A stretch of 64,000 nucleotides of DNA, taken from positions 832,001 to 896,000 of the forward strand of contig JBHYGA010000001.1 in NCBI GenBank assembly GCA_051859245.1, written 5' to 3'. Below, piece after piece: positions 49,521-58,717 of this stretch. The notes beneath the pieces are model-generated. The model was not told where the DNA came from. It made no database searches and saw nothing but the letters and a program-made list of their open reading frames with translations. Position numbers and translations under genes: made by a program. This DNA is from Gemmatimonadaceae bacterium (lineage in GTDB: Bacteria; Gemmatimonadota; Gemmatimonadetes; Gemmatimonadales; Gemmatimonadaceae). Every line of letters starts with the position of its first letter. Position 1 is the stretch's first letter.

Positions 49521-50831
49521 ATGCGCTCACTTAACAACGACTCCGTGACGCAGTGCTCCGGGCGCCGTCGGTCTGTGAACCGTGGCTACGCTCTGCGCTC
49601 AAGTTTTACGCTCGCTGTCTTTGCACTCACACTCTCAGCGTGCGACACCTTTGATCGCTTGCTCACGGTGAGCACGCCCAGTCGTCTGGCGGAGGAAGCG
49701 TATCTTGTGCCGTCCAACGCGCTGCTCATTTCGAACTCGGCGGTCGCCGATTTTGAATGCGCACTCGGCGCGTACATCGTGGCCAGTGGCATGGCCTCTG
49801 GCGAGTTTATTGAAACCACGCAGACGGCATCGCGATGGGACTATGATCGGCGTTCCATCGTACCGGTGCTCGCGGAATACTCCACGTCAGGATGCGGCGG
49901 GATTGGCACATACACACCGATCAACGTTGCGCGACACACCAATGATCAAGCCGTACGCGTGATCGAAGGCTGGACGGACGAGCAGGTCGCAAATCGGCAG
50001 CGCTTGATCGCGCGTAATGCAGCAATGGCCGGCTACTCCGTGCTGTTGCTGGGTGAAGCGTTCTGCGAGTGCACGATCAACGTTGGTCCGATTCTCACTT
50101 CCGCGCAGGCATTCGATTCTGCCGAAGTGCGATTCACCAAAGCCATCACGGCGGGGCAGGCGGCCAACGAGCCGGCCATCGTGAATCTGGCGCGCGTTGG
50201 TCGCGCTCGTGCACGACTCAACAAGGGTGACGCCGCAGGCGCCGCAGCCGACGCCGCATTGGTTCCGGTTGATTTCGTGTTCAACGCCACGGCAGACCTG
50301 AACGCGGTGGGCCGCAACAATCGCATCTTTGTACAGAACAACCAGAACTTCGGCGTGAGCGTTGGTGTGGCCTATCGCGGACTGACGGTGGCAGGTGCAC
50401 CCGATCCGCGTGTTCGTGTGGTCGACGCCGGTCGCAACGGCAGCGATCAAACCACGCGTTCCTGGTTGCAGCAGAAGTATCCCGCGCAGGCATCACCCAC
50501 GCCAATCGCCACTGGCGTGGAAGCACGCCTCATCCTTGCTGAGGCACGTGGCGCCGCGGAAGGCGTGGGCATTCTGAACGCGCTGCGCGCTCGTGCGGGC
50601 ATCGCGCTCCCGGCCCTCACCAACGCCGAGGCGGCCGCGTTCACCGCCACACTCGTGGAAGAGCGTCGTCGCGAGCTGTTTCTGCAGGGCAATCGGTGGT
50701 TCGATATTCGCCGCTTGAACCTCACGCAAAACCCCGCCGTCGGCGCGGTGTATCCGAAGGCCGGCTTCTACGGCGACCAGCGCTGCTGGCCGTTGCCGGA
50801 CGCGGAGCGATTTGCCAATCCGAACGCCTGA
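49521..50831 (+). CDS. SusD/RagB family lipoprotein
   Basis: LSAC lipobox, LILAEA, LNALR, EERRRELFLQGNRWFDIRR, WPLP..NPN. Confidence 0.88.
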   Translation: MRSLNNDSVTQCSGRRRSVNRGYALRSSFTLAVFALTLSACDTFDRLLTVSTPSRLAEEAYLVPSNALLISNSAVADFECALGAYIVASGMASGEFIETTQTASRWDYDRRSIVPVLAEYSTSGCGGIGTYTPINVARHTNDQAVRVIEGWTDEQVANRQRLIARNAAMAGYSVLLLGEAFCECTINVGPILTSAQAFDSAEVRFTKAITAGQAANEPAIVNLARVGRARARLNKGDAAGAAADAALVPVDFVFNATADLNAVGRNNRIFVQNNQNFGVSVGVAYRGLTVAGAPDPRVRVVDAGRNGSDQTTRSWLQQKYPAQASPTPIATGVEARLILAEARGAAEGVGILNALRARAGIALPALTNAEAAAFTATLVEERRRELFLQGNRWFDIRRLNLTQNPAVGAVYPKAGFYGDQRCWPLPDAERFANPNA

Positions 50832-50857
50832 TCCTCGCGCCTCAATCTGAACGGCCT

Positions 50858-50898
50858 CGCGGGCCGTCTCCCACACGGGAGGCGGCCCGTGTTGCGTT
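50858..50898 (+). terminator. Hairpin terminator after susD
   Basis: CGCGGGCCGTCTCCC-ACAC-GGGAGGCGGCCCGTG then TTGCGTT. Confidence 0.6.
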
Positions 50899-50948
50899 GG
50901 TGCGCCTCGTCGCCCGCAGCATTCCCGAAATACGACGCTCGCGTCGCA

Positions 50949-50999
50949 TTGCTCCACGGAGCGCATCGTCCTAGCTTTCACTCGTGAATTCATTCACAA
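50949..50999 (+). promoter_or_regulatory. etfBA promoter with downstream Rex-like operator
   Basis: TTGCTC-17-TAGCTT; TCGTGAA-TTCA-TTCACAA at 50982-50999. Confidence 0.65.
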
Positions 51000-51024
51000 G
51001 CAACCCAAGCATGGAGCGACTGCG

Positions 51025-51777
51025 GTGAAGATTGCCGTCTGCATCAAGCGCGTCCCCGTGATGGAAGTGAAGTTCGCGATTACCGCGGACGGCTCCCGTT
51101 ACGAAGAGACGGGCCTCAAATACGATATCAACGACTTCGATCTGTGGGCCATTGAAGCGGCGCTGCAGCTCAAGGAAAAGGCCGGTGATGGCACGGTGCA
51201 CGTGGTGTGCCTCGGCCCGAACGCGGCGCAGGAACAGATCCGCAAGGCGATGGCCATGGGTGCCGATTCCGGCGTGCTGCTCGAGTCCGACGCGCGCAAC
51301 TACGACGGTCTCACGGTCGCGCGCGCACTCGCCGCCGAGCTGAAGGACGGCGGCTTCGATCTGGTGCTGTTCGGTCGCATTGCCATTGATTCCATGAATC
51401 AGATGACGGGCCCAATGGTCGCCGAACTGCTTGACCTGCCCGTGGTCACCAACGTGTTCAAACTCGACATCACCGGTCGCACGGGTCGCGCCGAGCGTGT
51501 GCTCGAAGGCGCCAGCGAAGTGGTCGAGTTTCCGCTCCCTGCCGTGCTCACGATCGATGATGGCTTGAACAAGGAACGGTTGCCATCGCTTAAGGGCATC
51601 ATGGCGGCCAAGAAGAAACCGCTCGACATCAAGCCGGCCAAACTCGACGCCGCGCAGGTGACCGTGCGCTCCATGGCGCTGCCCGCCGAACGTTCTGCTG
51701 GCCGTATCGTTGGCGAAGGCGCGGACGCCGTGCCCGAACTTGTTCGTCTCCTCCAGACTGAAGCGAAGGTGCTCTGA
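51025..51777 (+). CDS. etfB: Electron transfer flavoprotein beta subunit
   Basis: KIAVCIKRVP, AIEAALQLKE, AMGAD, RLPSLKGIMAAKKKP. Confidence 0.95.
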   Translation: MKIAVCIKRVPVMEVKFAITADGSRYEETGLKYDINDFDLWAIEAALQLKEKAGDGTVHVVCLGPNAAQEQIRKAMAMGADSGVLLESDARNYDGLTVARALAAELKDGGFDLVLFGRIAIDSMNQMTGPMVAELLDLPVVTNVFKLDITGRTGRAERVLEGASEVVEFPLPAVLTIDDGLNKERLPSLKGIMAAKKKPLDIKPAKLDAAQVTVRSMALPAERSAGRIVGEGADAVPELVRLLQTEAKVL

Positions 51778-51779
51778 TC

Positions 51780-52766
51780 ATGGCCAACGTTCTTGTATTT
51801 GCCGAGTCGCGCGCGGGTGAACTGCGCAAGGTGGCGCTCGAGGCGGTCACCGCGGCGCGTCAGCTCGCGGAGCTGTCAGGTGGTGGTGATGTGCACGTGC
51901 TGCTCGCCGGTGCCGCTGGGATTGGCGCGAAAGCCGAGCCGCTGGCCGCACACGGCGCCGACAAGGTGCTCGTGTTGGAGCACGCAGGATTTGCCCTGAA
52001 TAATCCCGAGGCACTCGCGGCCACGCTTGCGCAGCTGCTCAAGTCTGGCACGTACGGATTCGGACTCTTCAGCGCGACGTCAACCGGCCGCGATTTGTCG
52101 CCGCGCGTTGCGGCGAAGCTTGGTGTTGGCCTTGTGCCAGATCTTGTCGGTTTCACGGTCGACGCGGGTGCGGTTGTTGGACAGCATCCGATCAACAACG
52201 GCAAGGTGATCGCGACGCTCTCGCTCGCGGGTTCGCCCACATTGTTGTCGGTGCGTCCGGCGGCGTTTACGCCGGCCCCTGCGTCGCGTACGCTGGCAAC
52301 GGAAGCGATCACCTCGGCGGTCGACCCGTCGGCGTCGCGCGTGAAGGTGATCGAGCTCAAGCAGGGCAACACCGACAAGATCGATCTGAATGACGCGGCG
52401 GTCGTGATTGCCGGTGGTCGTGGGCTCAAGGTCGCGGACAACTTCAAGCTGTGCGAAGATCTCGCGGCGGCCTTTGGCAACGCGGCGGTTGGTGCAACCC
52501 GCGCCGTGACCGATGACGGCTGGCGTCCGCACTCCGATCAGATTGGTCAGACGGGTCGGAATGTCAGTCCGGACTTGTACATCGCCGCCGGAATCTCCGG
52601 TGCCATTCAGCATTTGGCCGGCATGCGCACGTCGCGCACGATTGTCGCGATCAACAAGGACAAAGATGCACCCATCTTCAAGATTGCCGATTACGGCATT
52701 GTTGGCGATGCGCTTGAAGTCCTCCCGGTGCTCACGGCGGCAGTCAAGGCGGCTCGCGCGTCCTGA
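51780..52766 (+). CDS. etfA: Electron transfer flavoprotein alpha subunit
   Basis: AGGRG, GATRAVTD, QIGQTG, GISGAIQHLAGM, AINKDKDAPIF. Confidence 0.96.
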   Translation: MANVLVFAESRAGELRKVALEAVTAARQLAELSGGGDVHVLLAGAAGIGAKAEPLAAHGADKVLVLEHAGFALNNPEALAATLAQLLKSGTYGFGLFSATSTGRDLSPRVAAKLGVGLVPDLVGFTVDAGAVVGQHPINNGKVIATLSLAGSPTLLSVRPAAFTPAPASRTLATEAITSAVDPSASRVKVIELKQGNTDKIDLNDAAVVIAGGRGLKVADNFKLCEDLAAAFGNAAVGATRAVTDDGWRPHSDQIGQTGRNVSPDLYIAAGISGAIQHLAGMRTSRTIVAINKDKDAPIFKIADYGIVGDALEVLPVLTAAVKAARAS

Positions 52767-52792
52767 AGAAGGATCGCACCAATGTCGGCTTG

Positions 52793-52833
52793 GTGGCCCA
52801 TTCGTCTGTCGACGGGTGGGCCACGTTGTTTTT
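52793..52833 (+). terminator. Intrinsic terminator after etfA
   Basis: GTGGCCCATTCGTC-TGTC-GACGGGTGGGCCAC then GTTGTTTTT. Confidence 0.8.
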
Positions 52834-52887
52834 GCATCAACGTTCGATCGTCTTGTGACGACCCGCGCCGCGCTCTAGCTTCGCCAT

Positions 52888-54915
52888 ATGACTCCGCTGA
52901 ACATTGCTTTCGCGCTCTGCCTTGTGGCGGCCGGCGCCTTCTTTACCAAGAGCGCCCTGCGCCTGCGCCGTTGGGCGCTGATCGGGCACGCTGAAGATCG
53001 CACCAACGATCCGGCCACACGCACAAAAAACCTGTTGCTCGTTGGCATCGCGCAAACCAAAATCATGCGCGACGGTTTTGGTGGATTGATGCACGCGCTG
53101 GTATTCTGGGGTTTCTGCGTGCTCGCGCTCGGCGCGCTTGAGATTCTGATTCAGGGCGTCGTGAACGGCTTCACGTACGCGTGGATTCTGCCGCAGCCGC
53201 TGTTCGTGGTGTACGTGTTCTCGCAGGAGATTTTTTGCGGACTCGTACTCGCGGCCGTCGCATGGCTGTTCTATCGACGTCTGGTCATCAAACCCAAACG
53301 CTTTAGTGGCGACCCCGTGCACGGCGGTGATGCGCTCTTCATTCTGAGCATGATCACCGTGCTCATGGTCACGTTGCTGCTCACGTTTGCGATGGAGATT
53401 CACGCGGGCGGCGCATCAGCCGGACACATTTTCTCGGCGCCTCTCGCCGCATTGTTTGGCGGACTGAGCACAGACGCCGCGCACGTGCTCGGCCGCACCA
53501 GCTGGTGGATTCACGCGCTCGGTTTGCTGTTCTTTGCGAACTATCTGCCGTTCTCCAAGCACTTGCACGTGCTCACGTCGCTCATCAACACGTGGTACTC
53601 CAATACATCAGGTCCGGGTCGTATTGGTGCGATGCGACCAATGGATCTTGAAGCCGAAGACGCCGAGCAGTTTGGTGCCAACGATGTTGAGCACCTGTCG
53701 TGGAAGAACTTGATGGATGGTTATTCGTGCACCGAGTGCGGGCGTTGTACTGCCGCGTGTCCGGCCAACATCACGGGCAAGAAACTGTCGCCGCGCATGA
53801 TTGTGGTCAAAACGCGCGCGCGACTCACGGAAAAGGCGCAGACGCTCGACGCGATTGGCGGCGGCACGGCCACGGCCAAGCAGCAGGCGGTGCTCGATAA
53901 GCGTCTGCTCGACGACTGGATTACCGAAGAAGAACTGTGGGCCTGCACCAGCTGCCGCGCCTGCGTGGAAGAATGCCCGGTGTCGATTGATCAGCTTGAC
54001 GTCATCAACGAGTTGCGTCGCGATCTGGTGCTCATGGAATCGCGATTTCCGGAAGAAGCGCAGGGCGCGCTCACGTCGCTCGAACGCAACGGCAGTCCGT
54101 GGGCGTTTAGCGCGGCCGATCGTGCGGCGTGGACAGAAGGCCTCGACATTCCCACCATGGCCGACATGGTGGCGCGTGAAGAACGCCCGGAAATTTTGTT
54201 CTGGGTGGGCTGCATGGGTTCGTTCGACGACCGCGCCAAGAAAATCACGGTGGCATTCGCGCGCATTCTGCAGGCGGCCAACGTAAAGTTTGCGATTCTC
54301 GGCCAGGAAGAAACGTGTCACGGTGATCCGGCGCGTCGCATGGGCAATGAGTATCTGTACCAGATGCTCGCCAAGGGCGTGATTGAAACGCTCGATGGAT
54401 ATCAGGTGAAGACCGTGGTCACGTTCTGTCCGCACTGTTTCCATCAGATGGGCAAGGAGTTCCCGGATCTCGGTGGTCACTACGACGTCATTCATCACAC
54501 CGAGTACATCGAGCGCCTGCTCAACGAAGGTCGTGTGCCGCTGGAGACGGAGCACGGACAGCGACTCAAAGTGGCGTACCACGATTCGTGTTATCTCGGG
54601 CGCTACAACGATGTGTACGACGCGCCGCGCAACACGCTGCGAAAGGCATTGCCCGTGGTCACGCTTGTTGAGCCGCCACGCACCAAGAGCCGCGGGCTGT
54701 GCTGCGGCGCCGGCGGTGGTCGTATGTGGATGGAAGAAACGGAAGGGAAGCGCGTGAATGTGGAGCGCACCGAAGAGCTGCTGGCTACGGGCGCCGATAC
54801 GATCGCCGTGGCGTGTCCGTTCTGCATGACGATGATGACGGACGGGCTCACGGCCTCGGGCAGCGACGTGCCGGTGATGGACATCGCCGAGGTGGTGGCC
54901 GGGCAGCTTGCATAA
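52888..54915 (+). CDS. Membrane Fe-S oxidoreductase (FadF/HdrD-like: TM domain, 2x4Fe-4S, two CCG domains)
   Basis: [45 protein letters not shown]. Confidence 0.9.
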   Translation: MTPLNIAFALCLVAAGAFFTKSALRLRRWALIGHAEDRTNDPATRTKNLLLVGIAQTKIMRDGFGGLMHALVFWGFCVLALGALEILIQGVVNGFTYAWILPQPLFVVYVFSQEIFCGLVLAAVAWLFYRRLVIKPKRFSGDPVHGGDALFILSMITVLMVTLLLTFAMEIHAGGASAGHIFSAPLAALFGGLSTDAAHVLGRTSWWIHALGLLFFANYLPFSKHLHVLTSLINTWYSNTSGPGRIGAMRPMDLEAEDAEQFGANDVEHLSWKNLMDGYSCTECGRCTAACPANITGKKLSPRMIVVKTRARLTEKAQTLDAIGGGTATAKQQAVLDKRLLDDWITEEELWACTSCRACVEECPVSIDQLDVINELRRDLVLMESRFPEEAQGALTSLERNGSPWAFSAADRAAWTEGLDIPTMADMVAREERPEILFWVGCMGSFDDRAKKITVAFARILQAANVKFAILGQEETCHGDPARRMGNEYLYQMLAKGVIETLDGYQVKTVVTFCPHCFHQMGKEFPDLGGHYDVIHHTEYIERLLNEGRVPLETEHGQRLKVAYHDSCYLGRYNDVYDAPRNTLRKALPVVTLVEPPRTKSRGLCCGAGGGRMWMEETEGKRVNVERTEELLATGADTIAVACPFCMTMMTDGLTASGSDVPVMDIAEVVAGQLA

Positions 54916-54920
54916 CGGGC

Positions 54921-54959
54921 ACTGCATCATTATGCATTCAGTATGCATAATAACTCCGC
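54921..54959 (+). promoter_or_regulatory. ARG box pair (ArgR operator)
   Basis: ACTGCATCATTATGCATT, 3-bp spacer, then a weaker box TATGCATAATAACTCCGC. Confidence 0.6.
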
Positions 54960-55629
54960 CCTGCGCCGGTTCGCCGGTGACGGGGCGGTCGTCGTCTCGG
55001 GACTCGTCCCGACGGCCTCGACCGCCCGGGATTCACGTCGCACCGACGCGTCGAACTTCGCGCGTCAGGGCACGTCAACCTCGCTGCGCGCCCGTCTGGC
55101 GCAGCCGGCGGATGCGTTGGGCATTGCCACGCTCATCAGTCGCTATACCGCCGACGGTTCATTGCTGCCGCGCAGTGCGTCTGACGTGCTCAACGCGATC
55201 GACTCGTACGTGGTGGTCACCGCGCCAGACGGAGCCGTCCTCGCCTGTGCCGCACTGACTGAATATTCGCCGTCACTGGCAGAAGTTGCATCCGTAGCCG
55301 TTGCACCGGCCGCGCAGGGCCATGGCCTCGGTTCTATCGTGGTGCGCGCAGTGGAGCGCTTGGCGCGCGTGCGTGGGCACCGCGAGCTGTTCGCGCTGTC
55401 GTTGGCTGACCACTTCTTTTCGCACCTTGGCTATCGCGCAGCCACTCTCGAGCGCTTTCCCGAAAAGCGCGCGCGTTACGCCATGCTCACGGCGAGCGGC
55501 GCGACACTCGTGGAAAAGCGGGTGTTCCGCAAGCGGCTCCGTGCACCACGCGCGTTTCCGCACGTGGCCAACAACACGAATCTGGTGTCAGCGCCTACGG
55601 TCTATCACGCCAAGCCGGCGCGCGGCTGA
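54943..55629 (+). CDS. GNAT acetyltransferase, short ArgA (N-acetylglutamate synthase)-like
   Basis: LLPRS, LAEVASVAV..QGHGLG, LFALS..FFSHLGY, FPEK; start uncertain. Confidence 0.7.
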   Translation: MHNNSALRRFAGDGAVVVSGLVPTASTARDSRRTDASNFARQGTSTSLRARLAQPADALGIATLISRYTADGSLLPRSASDVLNAIDSYVVVTAPDGAVLACAALTEYSPSLAEVASVAVAPAAQGHGLGSIVVRAVERLARVRGHRELFALSLADHFFSHLGYRAATLERFPEKRARYAMLTASGATLVEKRVFRKRLRAPRAFPHVANNTNLVSAPTVYHAKPARG

Positions 55630-55668
55630 TCACACGGCCTCGACGGCGCGTGCGCCGTCGTGCGCAGC

Positions 55669-56124
55669 TCACGGTGGCGATGACTGCACCTGAACGCGGC
55701 GGGTAAAGACCTCGCCTTGCATTCGTGAAGCGACGACTACAATCGACGGCCACGGCGCTGAATCAGCGGCAAAGTGGTGCTCAAACTCTCCGGGTACCTT
55801 GCCTACTTCACAGTTCGCCGCGGTTTGAACGCTCAGCGTGACCCAGGAGACGGTGTCCGGGGGGCGAGTGCTCACCGTTTCCTGAGTGATTCGTGGGCAC
55901 ACTGCCGGGGTCACCTGTCCGAACAGTGTCACGAGCACGCGGCTCGCGTTGTTGGGATCGCGAACTGCAACGGCGTTAACAATCTCAAGAGTCGGTCCTT
56001 GTATGGCCGGAATCCGAAGAGGACCGTCGCACGCCGACATCAAGAAAAACACTACGGTGCCGACGCTGATTGTAACGGTCCGGCGCCACGGGCACCCAGT
56101 CCCACGATAGGCCGCGTTAATCAT
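55669..56124 (-). CDS. Hypothetical lipoprotein coupled to the S8 protease gene
   Basis: ATGA overlap with the S8 stop; VGTVVFFLMSAC lipobox-like. Confidence 0.55.
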   Translation of the reverse strand: MINAAYRGTGCPWRRTVTISVGTVVFFLMSACDGPLRIPAIQGPTLEIVNAVAVRDPNNASRVLVTLFGQVTPAVCPRITQETVSTRPPDTVSWVTLSVQTAANCEVGKVPGEFEHHFAADSAPWPSIVVVASRMQGEVFTRRVQVQSSPP

Positions 56125-57743
56125 GGCAGACACGTGAACGAGTAATCGTTCCAATCGATGGTCACGCTCACGGACCCACTCGCGGTTCGCCCAACTCCGT
56201 CCGTTACGAGTGCGAGCAGCTGAAACGAACTGCTTTCGCCACCGCCCGTCGACCAAGTCGTACCCCAAAAGGGAGCGAAACCTGATCTATACCAGACCGT
56301 GCCGTAAGGCGGTTGGCCACCGCTCCGTTCTGCGTACCAAGAACAAGATGCGTTTGGACCAAGAGAGGACGGGCCGCTTATCCAAGCTGAAAGTGCTGAA
56401 GGTCTGCTGTAAAGAAGCAGGTTGGGCGAGGTAAAAATCGGAAGTGCAAGCGCGCCGACGGTTGCGTTCGAGGTCATCCATGCCCGTACCTGTGACGGGG
56501 TCGCGTTAGGGTACCACTGCAGATAAAGCGCTGCAACGCCGCTCGCCATCGCAGCCCCCTCTGAAGTTCCGTTGCCGCCGTTCACCGGGGAATAGATGTC
56601 GATGCATGAACCGAAGTTGCTGTAGTTATGTGCACTGTCCGTGACGGGGTTTGACGCACCAATCGCGATGACCTTTGAAACAGCCGCAGGCAATTCCTGA
56701 CACGCGTCTCGAAAGCTGTTCCCAGCAGCTCCAACCACCGTGATCCCCGCATCTACGGCAAACTCTAGTGCGTTTACGACGGTAGACGGGCAGCCGAGGA
56801 TGCCACACTCCATACTCGCGCTGAGATTGGCCACGGCCGGTCGAGGCGACACGGTCGCGATGTGGTACAGCGCGCCAACGAGCGCGCCGCTGCTCAACAC
56901 GGTACACACATTGTCGTCAACCCTTGCCGAATGAATTGTGGCAGCATGGGCGATTCCCGTGCCCACCGACGCTGCCGCAGCACGAGCCATGTACGTGCCA
57001 TGAGGTTCCGTCGTACACTCTGCTAGGGCATTTTTCCCTGAGTGTGTGAAGTATTGGGTCGAGCTGACCCGGCCGCCGAGCAGGGGGTCGGCCTGATTGA
57101 TGCCATTATCAATGATCCAGAGATGAACCCCCTGGCCCGTCGCCGACCAAACATACTGCCCGTCGAGTGGGCGGGCGCGCTGGTCTACTCTGTCGACCGC
57201 ACTTCCAGCGCCTGCGCCGAGCTGCATTGTAGTATCGCCAACACCTGCCAAAGGAATAGCTATATCCGACTCAATGTGGTCGATCAGTGAGTCTCTCTGC
57301 AGTGCGAGTAGCGCGTCGGAGTCAGCGTCTACCCAGAACATTCCGAGGAGGGGCATCGGCATGCGAACCCGTAGTCCACGAACTCGAGACATGCGCTGCG
57401 AAGACTGGGCGAACGAGCCGATATCAGACTTAACTCGAATCAAGTAGCGACCCTCAATTTTCCGAGGGTGCGTGGCGAGCGTCACTGGATTCAGGTTTGA
57501 CTTATCGGCAAGCACTTCGGTAGCGACAGGCTCAGAGACGCCAGGGCTCGTGATTCTTGCTTCGTGTGGGTCAGTTGAGCAAGCCACTGTGAGAAATGCT
57601 ACAAACGGAAGTGCGAACTCGTTCCGCAGTTTAGGGCTCGCGAACAGATTCCAAAGTTTGGCCGGCTGGCGGGTACGAGGCGTGCTGAGCGACGGGTGCT
57701 TGCCTTGGCCGCGAAACAGAAATGACATGATACTTACCGCCAT
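56121..57743 (-). CDS. S8 family (subtilisin/proteinase K-like) serine peptidase with I9-like propeptide
   Basis: DRVDQR, WIIDNG (Asp), HGTYMA (His), AAGNS, YSNFGSCIDIYSP, GTSEG (Ser), SPNLLLY; start uncertain. Confidence 0.85.
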   Translation of the reverse strand: MAVSIMSFLFRGQGKHPSLSTPRTRQPAKLWNLFASPKLRNEFALPFVAFLTVACSTDPHEARITSPGVSEPVATEVLADKSNLNPVTLATHPRKIEGRYLIRVKSDIGSFAQSSQRMSRVRGLRVRMPMPLLGMFWVDADSDALLALQRDSLIDHIESDIAIPLAGVGDTTMQLGAGAGSAVDRVDQRARPLDGQYVWSATGQGVHLWIIDNGINQADPLLGGRVSSTQYFTHSGKNALAECTTEPHGTYMARAAAASVGTGIAHAATIHSARVDDNVCTVLSSGALVGALYHIATVSPRPAVANLSASMECGILGCPSTVVNALEFAVDAGITVVGAAGNSFRDACQELPAAVSKVIAIGASNPVTDSAHNYSNFGSCIDIYSPVNGGNGTSEGAAMASGVAALYLQWYPNATPSQVRAWMTSNATVGALALPIFTSPNLLLYSRPSALSAWISGPSSLGPNASCSWYAERSGGQPPYGTVWYRSGFAPFWGTTWSTGGGESSSFQLLALVTDGVGRTASGSVSVTIDWNDYSFTCLP

Positions 57744-57879
57744 ACGGAAAAAGGAAAACGACTCCTCTGTGCAGTATAGTTCCTGAGATCAAGCGTGCAA
57801 GTGAAGGGTGCCGTCAGTGTCTGAGCTTGACCCGCTCTGGTTACTGCGCCCCGCTACAGTCACAGCAGATGGTACGTTT

Positions 57880-58656
57880 TTATGCCAATTGGTAGGAATA
57901 AACTGCTATTCTGTGCGCCGGCGGCAATCCCGGCGCACCGTTTGTCATGCCAGCCGCACCGGGACGCGCTCGCTGCACAAGATCTCCTGACGCCGGCTCG
58001 GGCTGCACCAACACGGTCAACGCCTCGACCTCGCGCAACCCACGCTTGGCCGCTTCCTCGCGGAACGGGGCCAGCGCTGCACGGCCAGGATCCGCAATGA
58101 GCACCAACCCACCAGGCGCCAGCGTGTGCACAATCGTATCGGCCACGAGCGTTGCATACTCGCGCTCGTACAACACGTCGGCGGCGCACACCACATCGTA
58201 GCGGCCGAGATCGTCGGGCAACGCACGCCAGTCGACATATCGCGTGCTCAACCGTGCGTCTCCGTCGCCGGCCAGACGCATCGCGTTGAGCCGCGTGACC
58301 TCGAGCGCATCGCCGTAGTAGTCGGTGGCCATCACCCGAAAGCCCGCGCGCAACGCGGTCACAGACACCAGCCCAACACCACAGCCGAGCTCAAGCAGTG
58401 TACGTCCTTCACCATGGTGCCCGCGCAACACGCCCGCGAGTGCCCGGGACGAGGGCCACACGTCGGCCCAGTACGGCAATCGCTCGTCGCCCTTGAAGTC
58501 TTCTTCGCAGATCAGCGACTCCGCACTGCGCGGCTTTCGCAAGACAACCTTCGCGCCACCGGCTTCAACCGCCGACGTCACGAGATCCAGACGCGCGAGC
58601 GCCGCATCCAACGCCGCGGTTCTCGCGCGGTCCTGCAACTCTTGTGACGACGTCAT
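57880..58656 (-). CDS. Class I SAM-dependent methyltransferase (Methyltransf_16-like)
   Basis: PYWADVWPSS, LELGCGVG, ATDY, AADVLYE, IADPGR. Confidence 0.85.
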   Translation of the reverse strand: MTSSQELQDRARTAALDAALARLDLVTSAVEAGGAKVVLRKPRSAESLICEEDFKGDERLPYWADVWPSSRALAGVLRGHHGEGRTLLELGCGVGLVSVTALRAGFRVMATDYYGDALEVTRLNAMRLAGDGDARLSTRYVDWRALPDDLGRYDVVCAADVLYEREYATLVADTIVHTLAPGGLVLIADPGRAALAPFREEAAKRGLREVEALTVLVQPEPASGDLVQRARPGAAGMTNGAPGLPPAHRIAVYSYQLA

Positions 58657-58717
58657 GAAGACAACAGGGAAAGGGGACCAGCGACTGGTCGTCGCATGGA
58701 TCCGAAAGACGCAATAC

